The position numbers and the translations under genes are program-made. This document shows positions 19,094-28,675 of a stretch of DNA of 64,000 nucleotides, piece by piece; the first letter of the stretch is position 1, and every line of letters begins with the position of its first letter. Source of the stretch: Myxococcota bacterium. Lineage in GTDB: Bacteria; Myxococcota; UBA4151. The DNA lies in NCBI GenBank assembly GCA_036338695.1, contig JAYZBQ010000048.1, positions 1-64,000 of the forward strand, in the 5' to 3' direction. A model generated the notes under the pieces. The model was not told where the DNA came from, did no database searches, and worked only from the letters and a program-made list of their open reading frames with translations.

Positions 19094-19755
19094 AGGGCTT
19101 TACCTTGGTGATCATAGCGACCGAACTGGGCGTGAACACGCGCCGCCATGCCGTCAACGCGCACCGTAAAAGCCTCGTCATCGCTCTCACCGATGTAGAA
19201 GACGGCGTCTTGGGTCTCGCCGCGCGGAAAGAAGTACAAGACCGCCTCACCCTTGGACTGAAAGGTCTCAAAGGCGTCCGACCAGAACGCTAACACCTTG
19301 GCTCTGCCAAGGTCGACGCCTTCCCCGCGCGGTCCCTCGACCGGGCTCCAGGTCGGCGGCTGGCGCAGCGCGCGCAAGCCCGCCCTCGCCTCATCGCTCA
19401 AGCCGTCGTAGAGCGCCTCCTCCTCCTCAGCCAAACGTACCGTCCGCTCCTCGGCGCTCTCACCGAGCGCAGCGCCCACAGCAGGCAAGGCAAAGAAGCC
19501 CTCCGCCGACTCCAGCCGCATCGCCGTTCCGCCGACGTCGAACACCAGCCGATGCATGGCGCCCGACAGCGCCGCCCGGTCAAAGCTCTCACGCACCGCC
19601 GCCGAGACCTTACCCGCTGCCTCGCGCGTGCGGGCACCGTCGACTGCGGCGATCCCGCTGAAGGCGCCTGCGGTGACGATGGCCAAGATGCCGATGGCGA
19701 CCATCAGCTCGATCAGCGTAAAGCCTTGGCGTTGGTAAGAGCGGCGAGGCGTCAT
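19090..19755 (-). CDS. gspH: Type II secretion minor pseudopilin H
   Basis: G|FTLIE prepilin motif; LYFFPRG; follows gspG. Confidence 0.8.
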   Translation of the reverse strand: MTPRRSYQRQGFTLIELMVAIGILAIVTAGAFSGIAAVDGARTREAAGKVSAAVRESFDRAALSGAMHRLVFDVGGTAMRLESAEGFFALPAVGAALGESAEERTVRLAEEEEALYDGLSDEARAGLRALRQPPTWSPVEGPRGEGVDLGRAKVLAFWSDAFETFQSKGEAVLYFFPRGETQDAVFYIGESDDEAFTVRVDGMAARVHAQFGRYDHQGKAL

Positions 19756-19760
19756 GGCAG

Positions 19761-20192
19761 CTACTCGGCGGACTCTTTCCAGTTACCGATGTCATCGTCG
19801 CTACCCGACTGACCGTCTTGACCCGAGCTCCACAGGTCAAAGCCCTTCGCGTTGCGCGTACCCGGGTAGGCGTAGTTGTAGTCGTTCTCCCACGGATCTT
19901 TCGGGATCTCGCTGAGCAACGGGCTGCCCTTCGGCGGGCTCACGAGGTTGCTTAGGCCCTCGCCCGTCGTGGGGTACTTACCCATCTTGATGTAGTACGC
20001 CGAGAGCCCTTGAGTGATCGCAGCGATGTCCATGCGGGCGCGCTCGCCCTTGGCGTCTTCGAACTGATCGAGCACGGTCACGGTCACAGCCGTGGCGAGC
20101 ATCCCGAGGATCGCGACGACGACGAGGATCTCGATCAAGGTCATCCCTCGTCGAGCGCTTGCGTTTAGGGCTTTGAGTCGATTGTTTTCCAT
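19761..20192 (-). CDS. gspG: Type II secretion major pseudopilin G
   Basis: G|MTLIE, YPTTGEGL, PKDPW and SSGQDG...DDIGNW motifs. Confidence 0.95.
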   Translation of the reverse strand: MENNRLKALNASARRGMTLIEILVVVAILGMLATAVTVTVLDQFEDAKGERARMDIAAITQGLSAYYIKMGKYPTTGEGLSNLVSPPKGSPLLSEIPKDPWENDYNYAYPGTRNAKGFDLWSSGQDGQSGSDDDIGNWKESAE

Positions 20193-20203
20193 GTTTTCGC
20201 CTT

Positions 20204-21424
20204 TCAGCGGATGAATTGGTTCATTTGTAAGATGGGCATCAAGATGGCGAAGACGACGGTCGCCACGCCGCCACCCATGAACAAGATGAGGATGGGTTCG
20301 ATGATCGAGGTCAGCCCGCCGACGGTCACCTCGACCTGCTGCTCGTAGGCGGTGGCGACGTTCTCGAGCATCCCCTCGAGTTTCCCGCTCTGCTCACCGA
20401 CCGAGATCATATGATGCACGAGCGGCGGGAACTCACCGCTGCGCTTGAGCGGCGCCGCAAAGCTCTGCCCCTCACTGACCGCCAGCGCGGCGGCGTCGAT
20501 GGTCTCGGCGAGCACCTCGTTGCTGACGACGTTGCGCACGATCTTACACGCAGCCAGCAGGGGAACGCCCGAGGCTAACAAGGTCCCGAGCGTGCGCGCA
20601 AAGCGAGCGATCGCGACCATCCGGTGGATCCGACCAAACAAAGGGACTCGGAGCTTGAAGGCGTCGAAGCTGCGGCGCCCCTTGTCGGTCTTGACCCAGT
20701 TCCGAAACAGGATGGCGCCCACCACAGCGAGCGCAAACAGGCCGAACATCAGGGCCGGGTTGCGCATCACCTCCGAGGTCCCGATGAGCGTGCGCGTCAG
20801 CAACGGAAGCTGCGCCTCAGCCGACGAGAAAATCTTTGTGATCCGAGGCACCACAAAGACGAAGAGACCGAACATGACCAACGCGCCAGCGATCACCATC
20901 ACCACCGGATAGATCAACGCCCCGATCACCTTGGACTTGAGCTCGGCTTGGCCTTCCGTGAAGTCAGCGAGCCGCTCGAGCACGACATCGAGCGCGCCAG
21001 AGCTCTCGCCCGCGCGCACCATGTTGACGTAAATGTTTGAGAAGGTCTTAGGGTGCGCCGCCATCGCGTCGCCAAGCGAGGCGCCCTCGTTGACGCGCCC
21101 TTTGACGTCGGCGAGCACGCGCGCCAGCCGCTCATCTTCAACCTGCTCAGCCAGCGCCGTAAGCGCAGGCACCAAGGGGATCCCGGAGCGGATCAAAACC
21201 GCAAACTGGCGGGTGACGACGGCGAGGACGCGCACGTTTACCTTACCGCTCGCTAACGCTTTCGAACCCCCTTGTTTCTTCTCAACCTTGGCCTCTTTGA
21301 CGTCCGAGATAAAAACGCCGTCACGGCGGAGCTGGGCGCGCAAAGCCTTGGGCGTCTCGGCATCGCGAACGCCTTTGGTGGCTTTACCTTGGGCGTTGAA
21401 CCCTCTGTATTCGTAAAGCGGCAT
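20204..21424 (-). CDS. gspF: Type II secretion inner-membrane platform protein F
   Basis: MVRAGESSG, ALIYP, GEQSG and IIEP motifs. Confidence 0.95.
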   Translation of the reverse strand: MPLYEYRGFNAQGKATKGVRDAETPKALRAQLRRDGVFISDVKEAKVEKKQGGSKALASGKVNVRVLAVVTRQFAVLIRSGIPLVPALTALAEQVEDERLARVLADVKGRVNEGASLGDAMAAHPKTFSNIYVNMVRAGESSGALDVVLERLADFTEGQAELKSKVIGALIYPVVMVIAGALVMFGLFVFVVPRITKIFSSAEAQLPLLTRTLIGTSEVMRNPALMFGLFALAVVGAILFRNWVKTDKGRRSFDAFKLRVPLFGRIHRMVAIARFARTLGTLLASGVPLLAACKIVRNVVSNEVLAETIDAAALAVSEGQSFAAPLKRSGEFPPLVHHMISVGEQSGKLEGMLENVATAYEQQVEVTVGGLTSIIEPILILFMGGGVATVVFAILMPILQMNQFIR

Positions 21425-21427
21425 AGC

Positions 21428-23125
21428 CTAGTCCAAGACCGCTTCTTCAGTGGTCACACGGCAGACCTCTGCCACCGTGGTCTCACCGTTGAGAATTTTG
21501 CGCAGACCGTCTTCTCGGAGGGTCTCCATCCCGTGCTCACGAGCCGCCTTCTTGACGCGCGACGCATCCGCGTTGGTGAGGACCAATTCTCGCACCGCAT
21601 CCGTCACCAACAAGAGCTCATAGATACCGGTTCGGCCACGGTAACCCGTGTGCTGACACTCGATGCACCCGCGCCCCTGGCGCACGGGCTTACCGGCGTG
21701 AACCGCCGGGTCGACCCCGAGCTCGATGCACGCGCCCTCGCTCAAGGGGATGGTCTCGGCGCAATCATCACAGACGGTTCGCACCAGCCGCTGCGCCAGC
21801 ACGCCGGCCAGCGACGAGGCGACCAAAAACGCCTCGACGCCCATGTCCACCAAACGCGTCATCGCCGAGGCGGCGTCATTGGTGTGGATGGTTGAGAGGA
21901 CCAAGTGACCGGTCAACGACGCCTGGATGGCGATCTCTGCCGTGTCCTTGTCTCGGATCTCACCGACCATGATGACATCGGGATCTTGGCGCAAAAAGGC
22001 GCGCAGGCCCGAGGCGAAAGTGAGGTCGATCTTCGGGTTAACTGGAACCTGCCCGACCCCTTCGAGCTGGTACTCAACGGGGTCCTCGATCGTGAGGATG
22101 TTCTTATCCGGCGAGTTGATCTTGCTCAGACAGCCGTAGAGGGTCGTCGTCTTCCCCGAGCCGGTCGGGCCGGTGACCAAGATGATCCCGTGGCTCCGCT
22201 TGATCAGCCGATCGACGCCGTCGAGCTGGCTCTGCGCAAAACCGAGGTCATCGAGCGGCTTGAGCACGGCCGAGCGGTCGAGCAGACGCATCACCACGCG
22301 CTCGCCGTGACTCGTCGGCACCGTCGAGACGCGGATGTCGATGTCGCGCCCGGCGCGCTTGAGCCGGATGCGGCCGTCTTGCGGCAGCCGCTTCTCCGCG
22401 ATGTTGAGCCCCGCCATCACCTTGATGCGGCTCGTGATCGAGCTCTGCGCCGCTTTGGGAGGCCGCACCACCTCGCGCAGCACGCCGTCCACGCGGAAAC
22501 GCACGGCGACCTCACGCTCAAAGGGCTCGACGTGAATATCCGAGGCGCGCTCTCGGACCGCCTGGGACAAAATCGAGTGCACGAACCGAATGATCGGCGC
22601 CTCGTCCTCGGCGTCCAAGATGTCCTGGATGGCGAACTCTTCCTCTTCCTCAGCGTGGCTCTCCTCCAAGCCCTCCGCTGCGTCTTCAGCCAGTCGCGTC
22701 GCTCGGTCATAGGCGCTGTTCGCGCTCGCTGTAATCAACGTGGGTGTCGCCACCTCGGTCACCAAGGGGCGCTGCATCATCAGCTGCAGATCGCTGACCA
22801 CCGACAGATCGTAGGGATCGGCGAGCGCAACGATCACGACACCGTCTTCTGTCAGCTCGAGCGGCAGCACCTGGCGTGAGCGCGCAAAGCTCAACGGCAC
22901 CAGATCCAACAACTCATCCGGGATGGCGTTGGCGTCGATCTGCTTGCGAAAGGCACACCCAGCCTGTTGCGCGAGGGCCATCGAGAGGTTCGCCTCATCA
23001 ACCGCCTTGGCAGCGATCAGCAGCTCACCGAGCAGTCCGCCGCGCTCATGCTGTTCCTCAAGCGCTGCGTCGACCGCCTCGGCGGTGACACCCTGATGCC
23101 GAACGAGGAGCTCACCGAGTCGCAT
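21428..23125 (-). CDS. gspE: Type II secretion ATPase E
   Basis: ASDIH, GPTGSGKTT, TIEDPVE and LRQDPD motifs; CxxC...CxxC zinc site. Confidence 0.96.
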   Translation of the reverse strand: MRLGELLVRHQGVTAEAVDAALEEQHERGGLLGELLIAAKAVDEANLSMALAQQAGCAFRKQIDANAIPDELLDLVPLSFARSRQVLPLELTEDGVVIVALADPYDLSVVSDLQLMMQRPLVTEVATPTLITASANSAYDRATRLAEDAAEGLEESHAEEEEEFAIQDILDAEDEAPIIRFVHSILSQAVRERASDIHVEPFEREVAVRFRVDGVLREVVRPPKAAQSSITSRIKVMAGLNIAEKRLPQDGRIRLKRAGRDIDIRVSTVPTSHGERVVMRLLDRSAVLKPLDDLGFAQSQLDGVDRLIKRSHGIILVTGPTGSGKTTTLYGCLSKINSPDKNILTIEDPVEYQLEGVGQVPVNPKIDLTFASGLRAFLRQDPDVIMVGEIRDKDTAEIAIQASLTGHLVLSTIHTNDAASAMTRLVDMGVEAFLVASSLAGVLAQRLVRTVCDDCAETIPLSEGACIELGVDPAVHAGKPVRQGRGCIECQHTGYRGRTGIYELLLVTDAVRELVLTNADASRVKKAAREHGMETLREDGLRKILNGETTVAEVCRVTTEEAVLD

Positions 23126-23127
23126 GA

Positions 23128-25539
23128 TCAGCCCTTCTTCGCCTGAGCGTCCGACGGCGGCTTCGGCGTCGTTTGGGCGCCCGATGGCTTGCTGTCTTGC
23201 TCGGTAGGCTGACCTGCGTCTTGCGACGCGTCGGGTTTCGGCTCGGCCTCCGGCTTGCGCTCAGCTTCGACCGCCTGCTCAGCGCTCGGCGTGACGTCGG
23301 CGCCGATGACCTCTTCGGTTCCTGCGCCCTCGCCCCCGTTCTCGACGGCTTGAAGGTGGCGGCTTAGATCACGATCAAGTCGACCGAAAGGTCCCACCTT
23401 GCGCTGCCAATTCATCGTCGCCTGGAAGCTGTTGGCGCGATCGCTCATAAACTTGGCGTACTCGCGCCGTTCGGCGAGCTTGCGCTCGAAGATACGCGCA
23501 AAGTCTTCGTCGTTGTTGACGATGTGCGGGGTCAGCACGAGCAGCAGGTTGGTCTTGTCGACCTCGACCTTCTTGGAGCGGAACAACGCGCCGATCACCG
23601 GCAGGTCACCGAGCAACGGGATCTTCGTCACCGAGTCGGTTTTTCGATCGCCCATCAACCCACCGATCACGATGGTCTGGCTGTCTCCGGCGACGACGAC
23701 CGTCTTGATCTTTCGCTGCGTCGTGATGGGCGAGTTGGTCGTCGGCTCGATCCCGCCGAGCTCACTGATCTCAGCCTCGAGCTCCATCCGGACCTGGCCG
23801 GTGTTGGTCACGTGGGGCGTCAGCTTCAGCTTGAGGGCGACGTCTTGACGCTGAATGGAGACCGACGGCAGCCCAAGCCCACCGAGCGCGCCCAAGCCTG
23901 CGCTGGCCGTCGATGAGCCACCCGCTGCGCTCGCCAGGCTCGCGAGGTTGCCCAAGCCGCCCATCATGCTTGAGGCGAAGGGGACGTTCTTACCCACCGT
24001 GATCTCAGCCTCTTCGTTGTCGGTGGTGAGCAAGTGGGGCGTCGAGAGGACGTCCACACCCGTGGTACTCTTGAGCGCCTGAAAGACCACACCAAAGGTT
24101 GGGATCTTCACCCCAAAAGCCTCGTCGAGACCCGGAATCGAGATCCCCTGAAAGGCGCCGACGAGGCCGAGCAGACCGGCGGCGCTGACCGGCGAGATCG
24201 AGCGCAGGCCCTGCGCCGTCGTGGAGCCGACGATCCCAGCGCCCCCTGCGAGCGCACCCGCGACCCAAGGGCTCTCCTCAGCGTCGACCCAGTCGGTGCC
24301 TTCGGCGGTCACACCGCTGTGCATACTGGCGCCCACGTCGGAGCCCTCTTTCACGGAGAGCTCAAGGAAAGCGGCTTCGACGAAGACTTGCGGGCGGCGA
24401 TAGTCCAGCCGCTTGACGATGCGCTGAAGGACCCTCAGGTCGTTTCGGCTCGCAACGACCACCAGCGAGTTCGTCGCCTCATCGGCGCTGACCTTGACCT
24501 CACCGGTGAACAACCCTTCCGCTGAGGCACCTTGACCCGACTTCTTCTTGGACTTGCTTTTGCCCTTCCCTTTCCGGTTTCGCTGGCTGCTTAACCCAGA
24601 GATCAGGCTCGAGAGGGTCGACGCTAACTCCTTGGCGTCCGCATTCTCAAGGCGCAGGACGTGGATGGCGCCTTCATCGTCGGGCGTCGGCAGGTCCAAC
24701 CGATCGAGCAGCTGCACCGCACGCTCGTAAGCCACCGCCTCGGATACGATGATCAAGGTGTTGGTCCGGTCGTCGGCGACAACTTGCTGCAAGACGACAT
24801 CACTCGGCGCCGCGATCTTAGACTTGCTGCCCGATTTTTTCTTGTTCTTGCCAAGGACCGTGAAGACCTCACCGAGCTTGGACGCGAGGTCGCCTGCGTC
24901 TGCGTACCGCGCCTCGTAGTAATGGATCTGGTGCGTTGCGCCCGCCTTGTCGAGGTGTTTGACCAAGCGCATCAAGCGGTGGACGTTCATCGCCGTATCC
25001 GAGATCAGCAAAAGCCGCGGCGGGACGATCTGAACACTGCCCGCTGGGCTCACCATCTTCTTGAGCACCTTAAGCAGGTTGTCGCCGTCGAGGTGACGCA
25101 GCTTATGCAGCACCGTGACCATGCGCTCGTCGTAGGGCACCTCGTTCATGCGCCCGTCGATGAAGGTCGGCGACGGCCCCTTGACCGCATCCTTAGCCTT
25201 CACCACTCGATAGAACTTACCCACCTTCACCAAGCTGAGCTTGTGCGCTGAGAGCGCCGAGACAAAGACTCGATACGCCTCGGGGATGCTCACCGGGCTC
25301 TGGCAATAGATGGTGATCTCTTTGTTCTTGAGCTCTTTGCCCAAGATGAAGTTCTTCCGGGTCAGCTCGCCCATGAGCTGCAACAACTTGGGCAGCTTGT
25401 AGGTCTGCTCTTGGAAGTCGAACTTACCACGCTTGGCGCGCCGCTTCTTCGACCGCTCGGAGACGGGTTTTGGAGGTGCCTGCGCAAACGCCGGCGCGGC
25501 GAGGATCAGGGAGAGCGTCACGAGGCTCAGAGTACGCAT
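23128..25539 (-). CDS. gspD: Type II secretion secretin D
   Basis: Signal peptide; ADDRTN and ADEATN N-domain repeats; RRPQVFVEA, LSTP and KIPLLGDLP secretin motifs. Confidence 0.95.
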   Translation of the reverse strand: MRTLSLVTLSLILAAPAFAQAPPKPVSERSKKRRAKRGKFDFQEQTYKLPKLLQLMGELTRKNFILGKELKNKEITIYCQSPVSIPEAYRVFVSALSAHKLSLVKVGKFYRVVKAKDAVKGPSPTFIDGRMNEVPYDERMVTVLHKLRHLDGDNLLKVLKKMVSPAGSVQIVPPRLLLISDTAMNVHRLMRLVKHLDKAGATHQIHYYEARYADAGDLASKLGEVFTVLGKNKKKSGSKSKIAAPSDVVLQQVVADDRTNTLIIVSEAVAYERAVQLLDRLDLPTPDDEGAIHVLRLENADAKELASTLSSLISGLSSQRNRKGKGKSKSKKKSGQGASAEGLFTGEVKVSADEATNSLVVVASRNDLRVLQRIVKRLDYRRPQVFVEAAFLELSVKEGSDVGASMHSGVTAEGTDWVDAEESPWVAGALAGGAGIVGSTTAQGLRSISPVSAAGLLGLVGAFQGISIPGLDEAFGVKIPTFGVVFQALKSTTGVDVLSTPHLLTTDNEEAEITVGKNVPFASSMMGGLGNLASLASAAGGSSTASAGLGALGGLGLPSVSIQRQDVALKLKLTPHVTNTGQVRMELEAEISELGGIEPTTNSPITTQRKIKTVVVAGDSQTIVIGGLMGDRKTDSVTKIPLLGDLPVIGALFRSKKVEVDKTNLLLVLTPHIVNNDEDFARIFERKLAERREYAKFMSDRANSFQATMNWQRKVGPFGRLDRDLSRHLQAVENGGEGAGTEEVIGADVTPSAEQAVEAERKPEAEPKPDASQDAGQPTEQDSKPSGAQTTPKPPSDAQAKKG

Positions 25540-25556
25540 AGCTAAGCCTTTCTTTC

Positions 25557-26504
25557 TTATCGAATAGAGTATTCAAAGTTCTTCGGCTTGCCGCGCCGGA
25601 GAACCTCGATCGAGATCTGCTCAGAGTCTTTGAGCTTACCGTAGACCTCTAAGATTTTATCAGGGCTGGAGAGGGTGTATCCGTTCACCGTTTTCAACAC
25701 GTCGCCGTTCTTCAAGCCGATTTTCGAGAACACCGACTTCGGCTTGATCGAGAACAGCTTAAACCCGCGCTGCTTGCCGCCCTTGAAGTCGGGGACCACG
25801 CGCGCATCGGTGGACAATGCGCTCATGTTCGAGAGCACGGTGTCGATGCTGTCGCGCGAGATCTCATACTTCCCGGCGCCTTTTTTCTTCACACCGGCTC
25901 GGATCCGCTTGTTGATGTCTGACTTGTCGTTCGGCGAGCTGCTCGAGGCGCTGGTGGACGCGCTGCTCGTGGTCGGCTCCGAGCCGGCCTTGGCGTCTTT
26001 TTCGAGGTAGGTCAGGCGAGGGCTTGAGCCCTCACGAATCACGACCCGATCTTCTTCGATCGTGACCACGGTGAACAGGTCGTTCTTTGGAAACAGTTGA
26101 TCACCCACGTGACCGATAAAGGTCTTTCGGCGCAGCCCGTCTTCAATGAGCGCAAAGTTCCACGGCTCATGGTCGAACAAGACCGTCGCGACGACGCGCG
26201 CATTGAGCCCCGATTTGAGCACGTCACCGCTCGGATCGAGATCAGCCGCCGCCTCCTCAGCGACCGGCTCGACCTCTTCGACCACCTCTTTCGCGGTCCC
26301 TGCCAGGTTTCGGTCTGCGATGGCGCTGATCTGACGAGCGAACCGCTTGCTCGACTTCGGCGCCTTGACCTCGGGCAAGGGCGGGATCGGGCGGCGCCAT
26401 TCAGCCACCACGGTCGTCACGATGCCCGCCGCGAGATAGGCGCACAGCGCTAGACCCACAAACGTCCCAAGCGGTTTGAGCTGCTTTAGCCGTTCCACCC
26501 GCAT
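25557..26504 (-). CDS. gspC: Type II secretion protein C with PDZ domain
   Basis: TM plus HR region; C-terminal GFKLFSIKPKS...IGLKNGD...VNG PDZ; AGGAGG RBS. Confidence 0.9.
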   Translation of the reverse strand: MRVERLKQLKPLGTFVGLALCAYLAAGIVTTVVAEWRRPIPPLPEVKAPKSSKRFARQISAIADRNLAGTAKEVVEEVEPVAEEAAADLDPSGDVLKSGLNARVVATVLFDHEPWNFALIEDGLRRKTFIGHVGDQLFPKNDLFTVVTIEEDRVVIREGSSPRLTYLEKDAKAGSEPTTSSASTSASSSSPNDKSDINKRIRAGVKKKGAGKYEISRDSIDTVLSNMSALSTDARVVPDFKGGKQRGFKLFSIKPKSVFSKIGLKNGDVLKTVNGYTLSSPDKILEVYGKLKDSEQISIEVLRRGKPKNFEYSIR

Positions 26505-26529
26505 GTCCTCCTACGTACGCAGAAGTTTA

Positions 26530-26546
26530 AGCAGGATTCATGCCCA
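26530..26546 (-). promoter_or_regulatory. Candidate sigma54 (-24/-12) promoter of the gsp operon
   Basis: Minus strand reads TGGGCATGAATCCTGCT, a GG-N10-GC spacing resembling TGGCAC-N5-TTGC, about 26 nt upstream of the gspC ATG. Confidence 0.45.
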
Positions 26547-26642
26547 AAATATTACGCTGTTTTTACAGCGCTATAGAACCAAAACGCATGCGCTGCGCTG
26601 CCGGCCTGACAGGTCGCTTTCGGCCAGAATGGCAGCGTCGCC

Positions 26643-28208
26643 TTAAGTCGCCTTCGGCTTTGGCTTGGCGTTCCAGACGCGTGTCGCCAGCGCGAAACCA
26701 GCTAACCCGACGATGATCATCGAGACCGGCCATGGTGACCAGTTCTCAGGCTGGGTCACCGGCCCGGTCAGCTTCCCTGTCGCGTCAAACTGCTCTTGAG
26801 GCAGGACGTAGGCGTAGGTCAGCGACATCACCCCGGTCCCGAGGTAGACGAAGCCGTCGATAATCCCCACGGCGATCCCGACATTTTTACGTCCACCAAA
26901 GTCCATGGAGGCGGTCCCCGAGAGCATCCCGTGCACCCCGATGACGCACATCGAGATCAGGATCGCCATCACCCCTGGGACCGACAGCTTGACACCTAAG
27001 AACTCGATCGCAGGGATCTGATAGGTGAACAAGAGCACGACCGAACCGAGGGTGACGCCCAGGTACAGGATCGCCGCCACGGGACCACGCCGAGATTGGA
27101 AGACTCGATCAGAGATCACCCCTGCCAGCACGCCGCCCATAATCCCTGCGACGCAGAGCCACATGCCCCAGTGATCATAGATGAAGTCACCTTTGAGCTG
27201 GAGCACCTCGTTGGTCTGCTTGGCGAAGGTTCGGTACCACTGCATCGGCGCCTGACGGATAAAGCCACTGCAGAACTCGACCAGCGCAATCGTGATGATG
27301 ATCGGGTTGGTCAACATCTTCTTGAAGACCTCAATCGCGCCCAGCTGCGGGCCGTCGTCACCCGACGACGCGTCGGCGGTGTCAAAGTCTTCGAGACCTG
27401 CGTCTTCCGGCGAGTTCCGCACGAGGAAATAATCGGCGATCCAGAAGATCACGAGCATCACCGTCGGGATAAAGAAGACCTCAGCGACGCCGAAGTGGTT
27501 GACGATCTTGTAGCCCAGATCGAATGCGAAATAGACCCCGAGCGAGATCAAGATCCCGAAGATCGCCCCGAACACGCCGCGCTCGCGCACGTGGAACCAG
27601 GGCGCGTTGCACTTCACGACGGCCACGGCGCCAAAACTCTGGAAGTACATGTTCACGCCGTAGAGGATCGAGAAGATGGTGATAAAGTTCTCACCGATCG
27701 CTGTGTGCATCGGCCCTTGGTTGATCAAGCTCCACGCCGCTAAGCCCATGAAGAGGTTCGCGACGGCCGAGCCACCAGCGCCGATGAGGATCGCAAAGCG
27801 ACCGCCGAGCTTATCGGTGAGCGGTCCGTTGATCAGGAAGGCGGACCCGTAGACCCACACGCCCACGGTAAAAATAACGCCGAAGCCCTCATTACTCATG
27901 AGCGCACCACCGGCTGAGTCCTGCATCTCCTCAAACGCGAACTTCGAGACCTTCAGGTTGTATCGCCCCATGTACAAAAAGGCATACGTGAGCCCAAGCG
28001 GGAGCCAGTTCATCACCCGCCGGCGACGAAACTCTGCGGAGTGGTTCACCTCATCGACGGTCGGCAAGCGGCTGATCACAAAGACCACGACCGCAAGGAG
28101 GATAAAGATGGCGACGAGCTCACCATAAGCTTCCATACCCCCGCCTGCGGCGAGAGCCACCGACGGTGCAAGGACACACGACAACGCAATCAGTAAGTTC
28201 TTCATCAC
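26643..28208 (-). CDS. MFS transporter (organophosphate:Pi antiporter, GlpT/UhpT-like)
   Basis: YAFLYMGRYN, GPLTDKLGGR, WFHVRERG, GVISDRVFQSRR and GIIDGFVYLG motifs; many TM segments. Confidence 0.85.
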   Translation of the reverse strand: MMKNLLIALSCVLAPSVALAAGGGMEAYGELVAIFILLAVVVFVISRLPTVDEVNHSAEFRRRRVMNWLPLGLTYAFLYMGRYNLKVSKFAFEEMQDSAGGALMSNEGFGVIFTVGVWVYGSAFLINGPLTDKLGGRFAILIGAGGSAVANLFMGLAAWSLINQGPMHTAIGENFITIFSILYGVNMYFQSFGAVAVVKCNAPWFHVRERGVFGAIFGILISLGVYFAFDLGYKIVNHFGVAEVFFIPTVMLVIFWIADYFLVRNSPEDAGLEDFDTADASSGDDGPQLGAIEVFKKMLTNPIIITIALVEFCSGFIRQAPMQWYRTFAKQTNEVLQLKGDFIYDHWGMWLCVAGIMGGVLAGVISDRVFQSRRGPVAAILYLGVTLGSVVLLFTYQIPAIEFLGVKLSVPGVMAILISMCVIGVHGMLSGTASMDFGGRKNVGIAVGIIDGFVYLGTGVMSLTYAYVLPQEQFDATGKLTGPVTQPENWSPWPVSMIIVGLAGFALATRVWNAKPKPKAT

Positions 28209-28603
28209 CAGTCCCTATGACTTCCCATATTGTGGACCTCTTTCCAGCCCTGCTGTACCAGGATCACTTTAGCGAGCTCGGCGCGCCGGCCGGACTCACA
28301 AAAGACGATGACCGATTGGTCATGCGTCCCAAAGGCGTCCAGCCTCTGGAGCAGCTCCTCGTACGGAACATTTTTCGCCCCCGGAACGCTGCCACGAGCG
28401 AATTCCTTCGGGGTGCGAACATCCACCAAGATGGCGCCCTCAGCGACCAACCCGTGGTAATCGACTTCTTTCTTCACCACCTTCTTGGGCGCCTCTTTAG
28501 GCGGCGGCGGCGTGTTCTTCTTTTGGTGCTCAGTAAAACGATTGTTCGGACCGCTCGAGCACGCCGCAGCGACACCCAAGCCAAGAAGCAACAACAGCCT
28601 CAT
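28205..28603 (-). CDS. Rhodanese-domain lipoprotein
   Basis: Lipobox VAAA-C; LVDVRTPKEF...G...GA and CESGRR active-site loop. Confidence 0.88.
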   Translation of the reverse strand: MRLLLLLGLGVAAACSSGPNNRFTEHQKKNTPPPPKEAPKKVVKKEVDYHGLVAEGAILVDVRTPKEFARGSVPGAKNVPYEELLQRLDAFGTHDQSVIVFCESGRRAELAKVILVQQGWKEVHNMGSHRDW

Positions 28604-28675
28604 CACGTCCTCCCCAATTCACGTCACCGCGACGGCGATAGACGATGCCCCCGCCGGCCGCAATGGATTTAGGCT

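Noticed and set aside
12831..26504. Type IV pilus or Tad system
   Set aside because: The C-D-E-F-G-H-I-J-K-L-M-N order, GspG signature and PDZ-containing GspC indicate T2SS; no PilT-like retraction ATPase.
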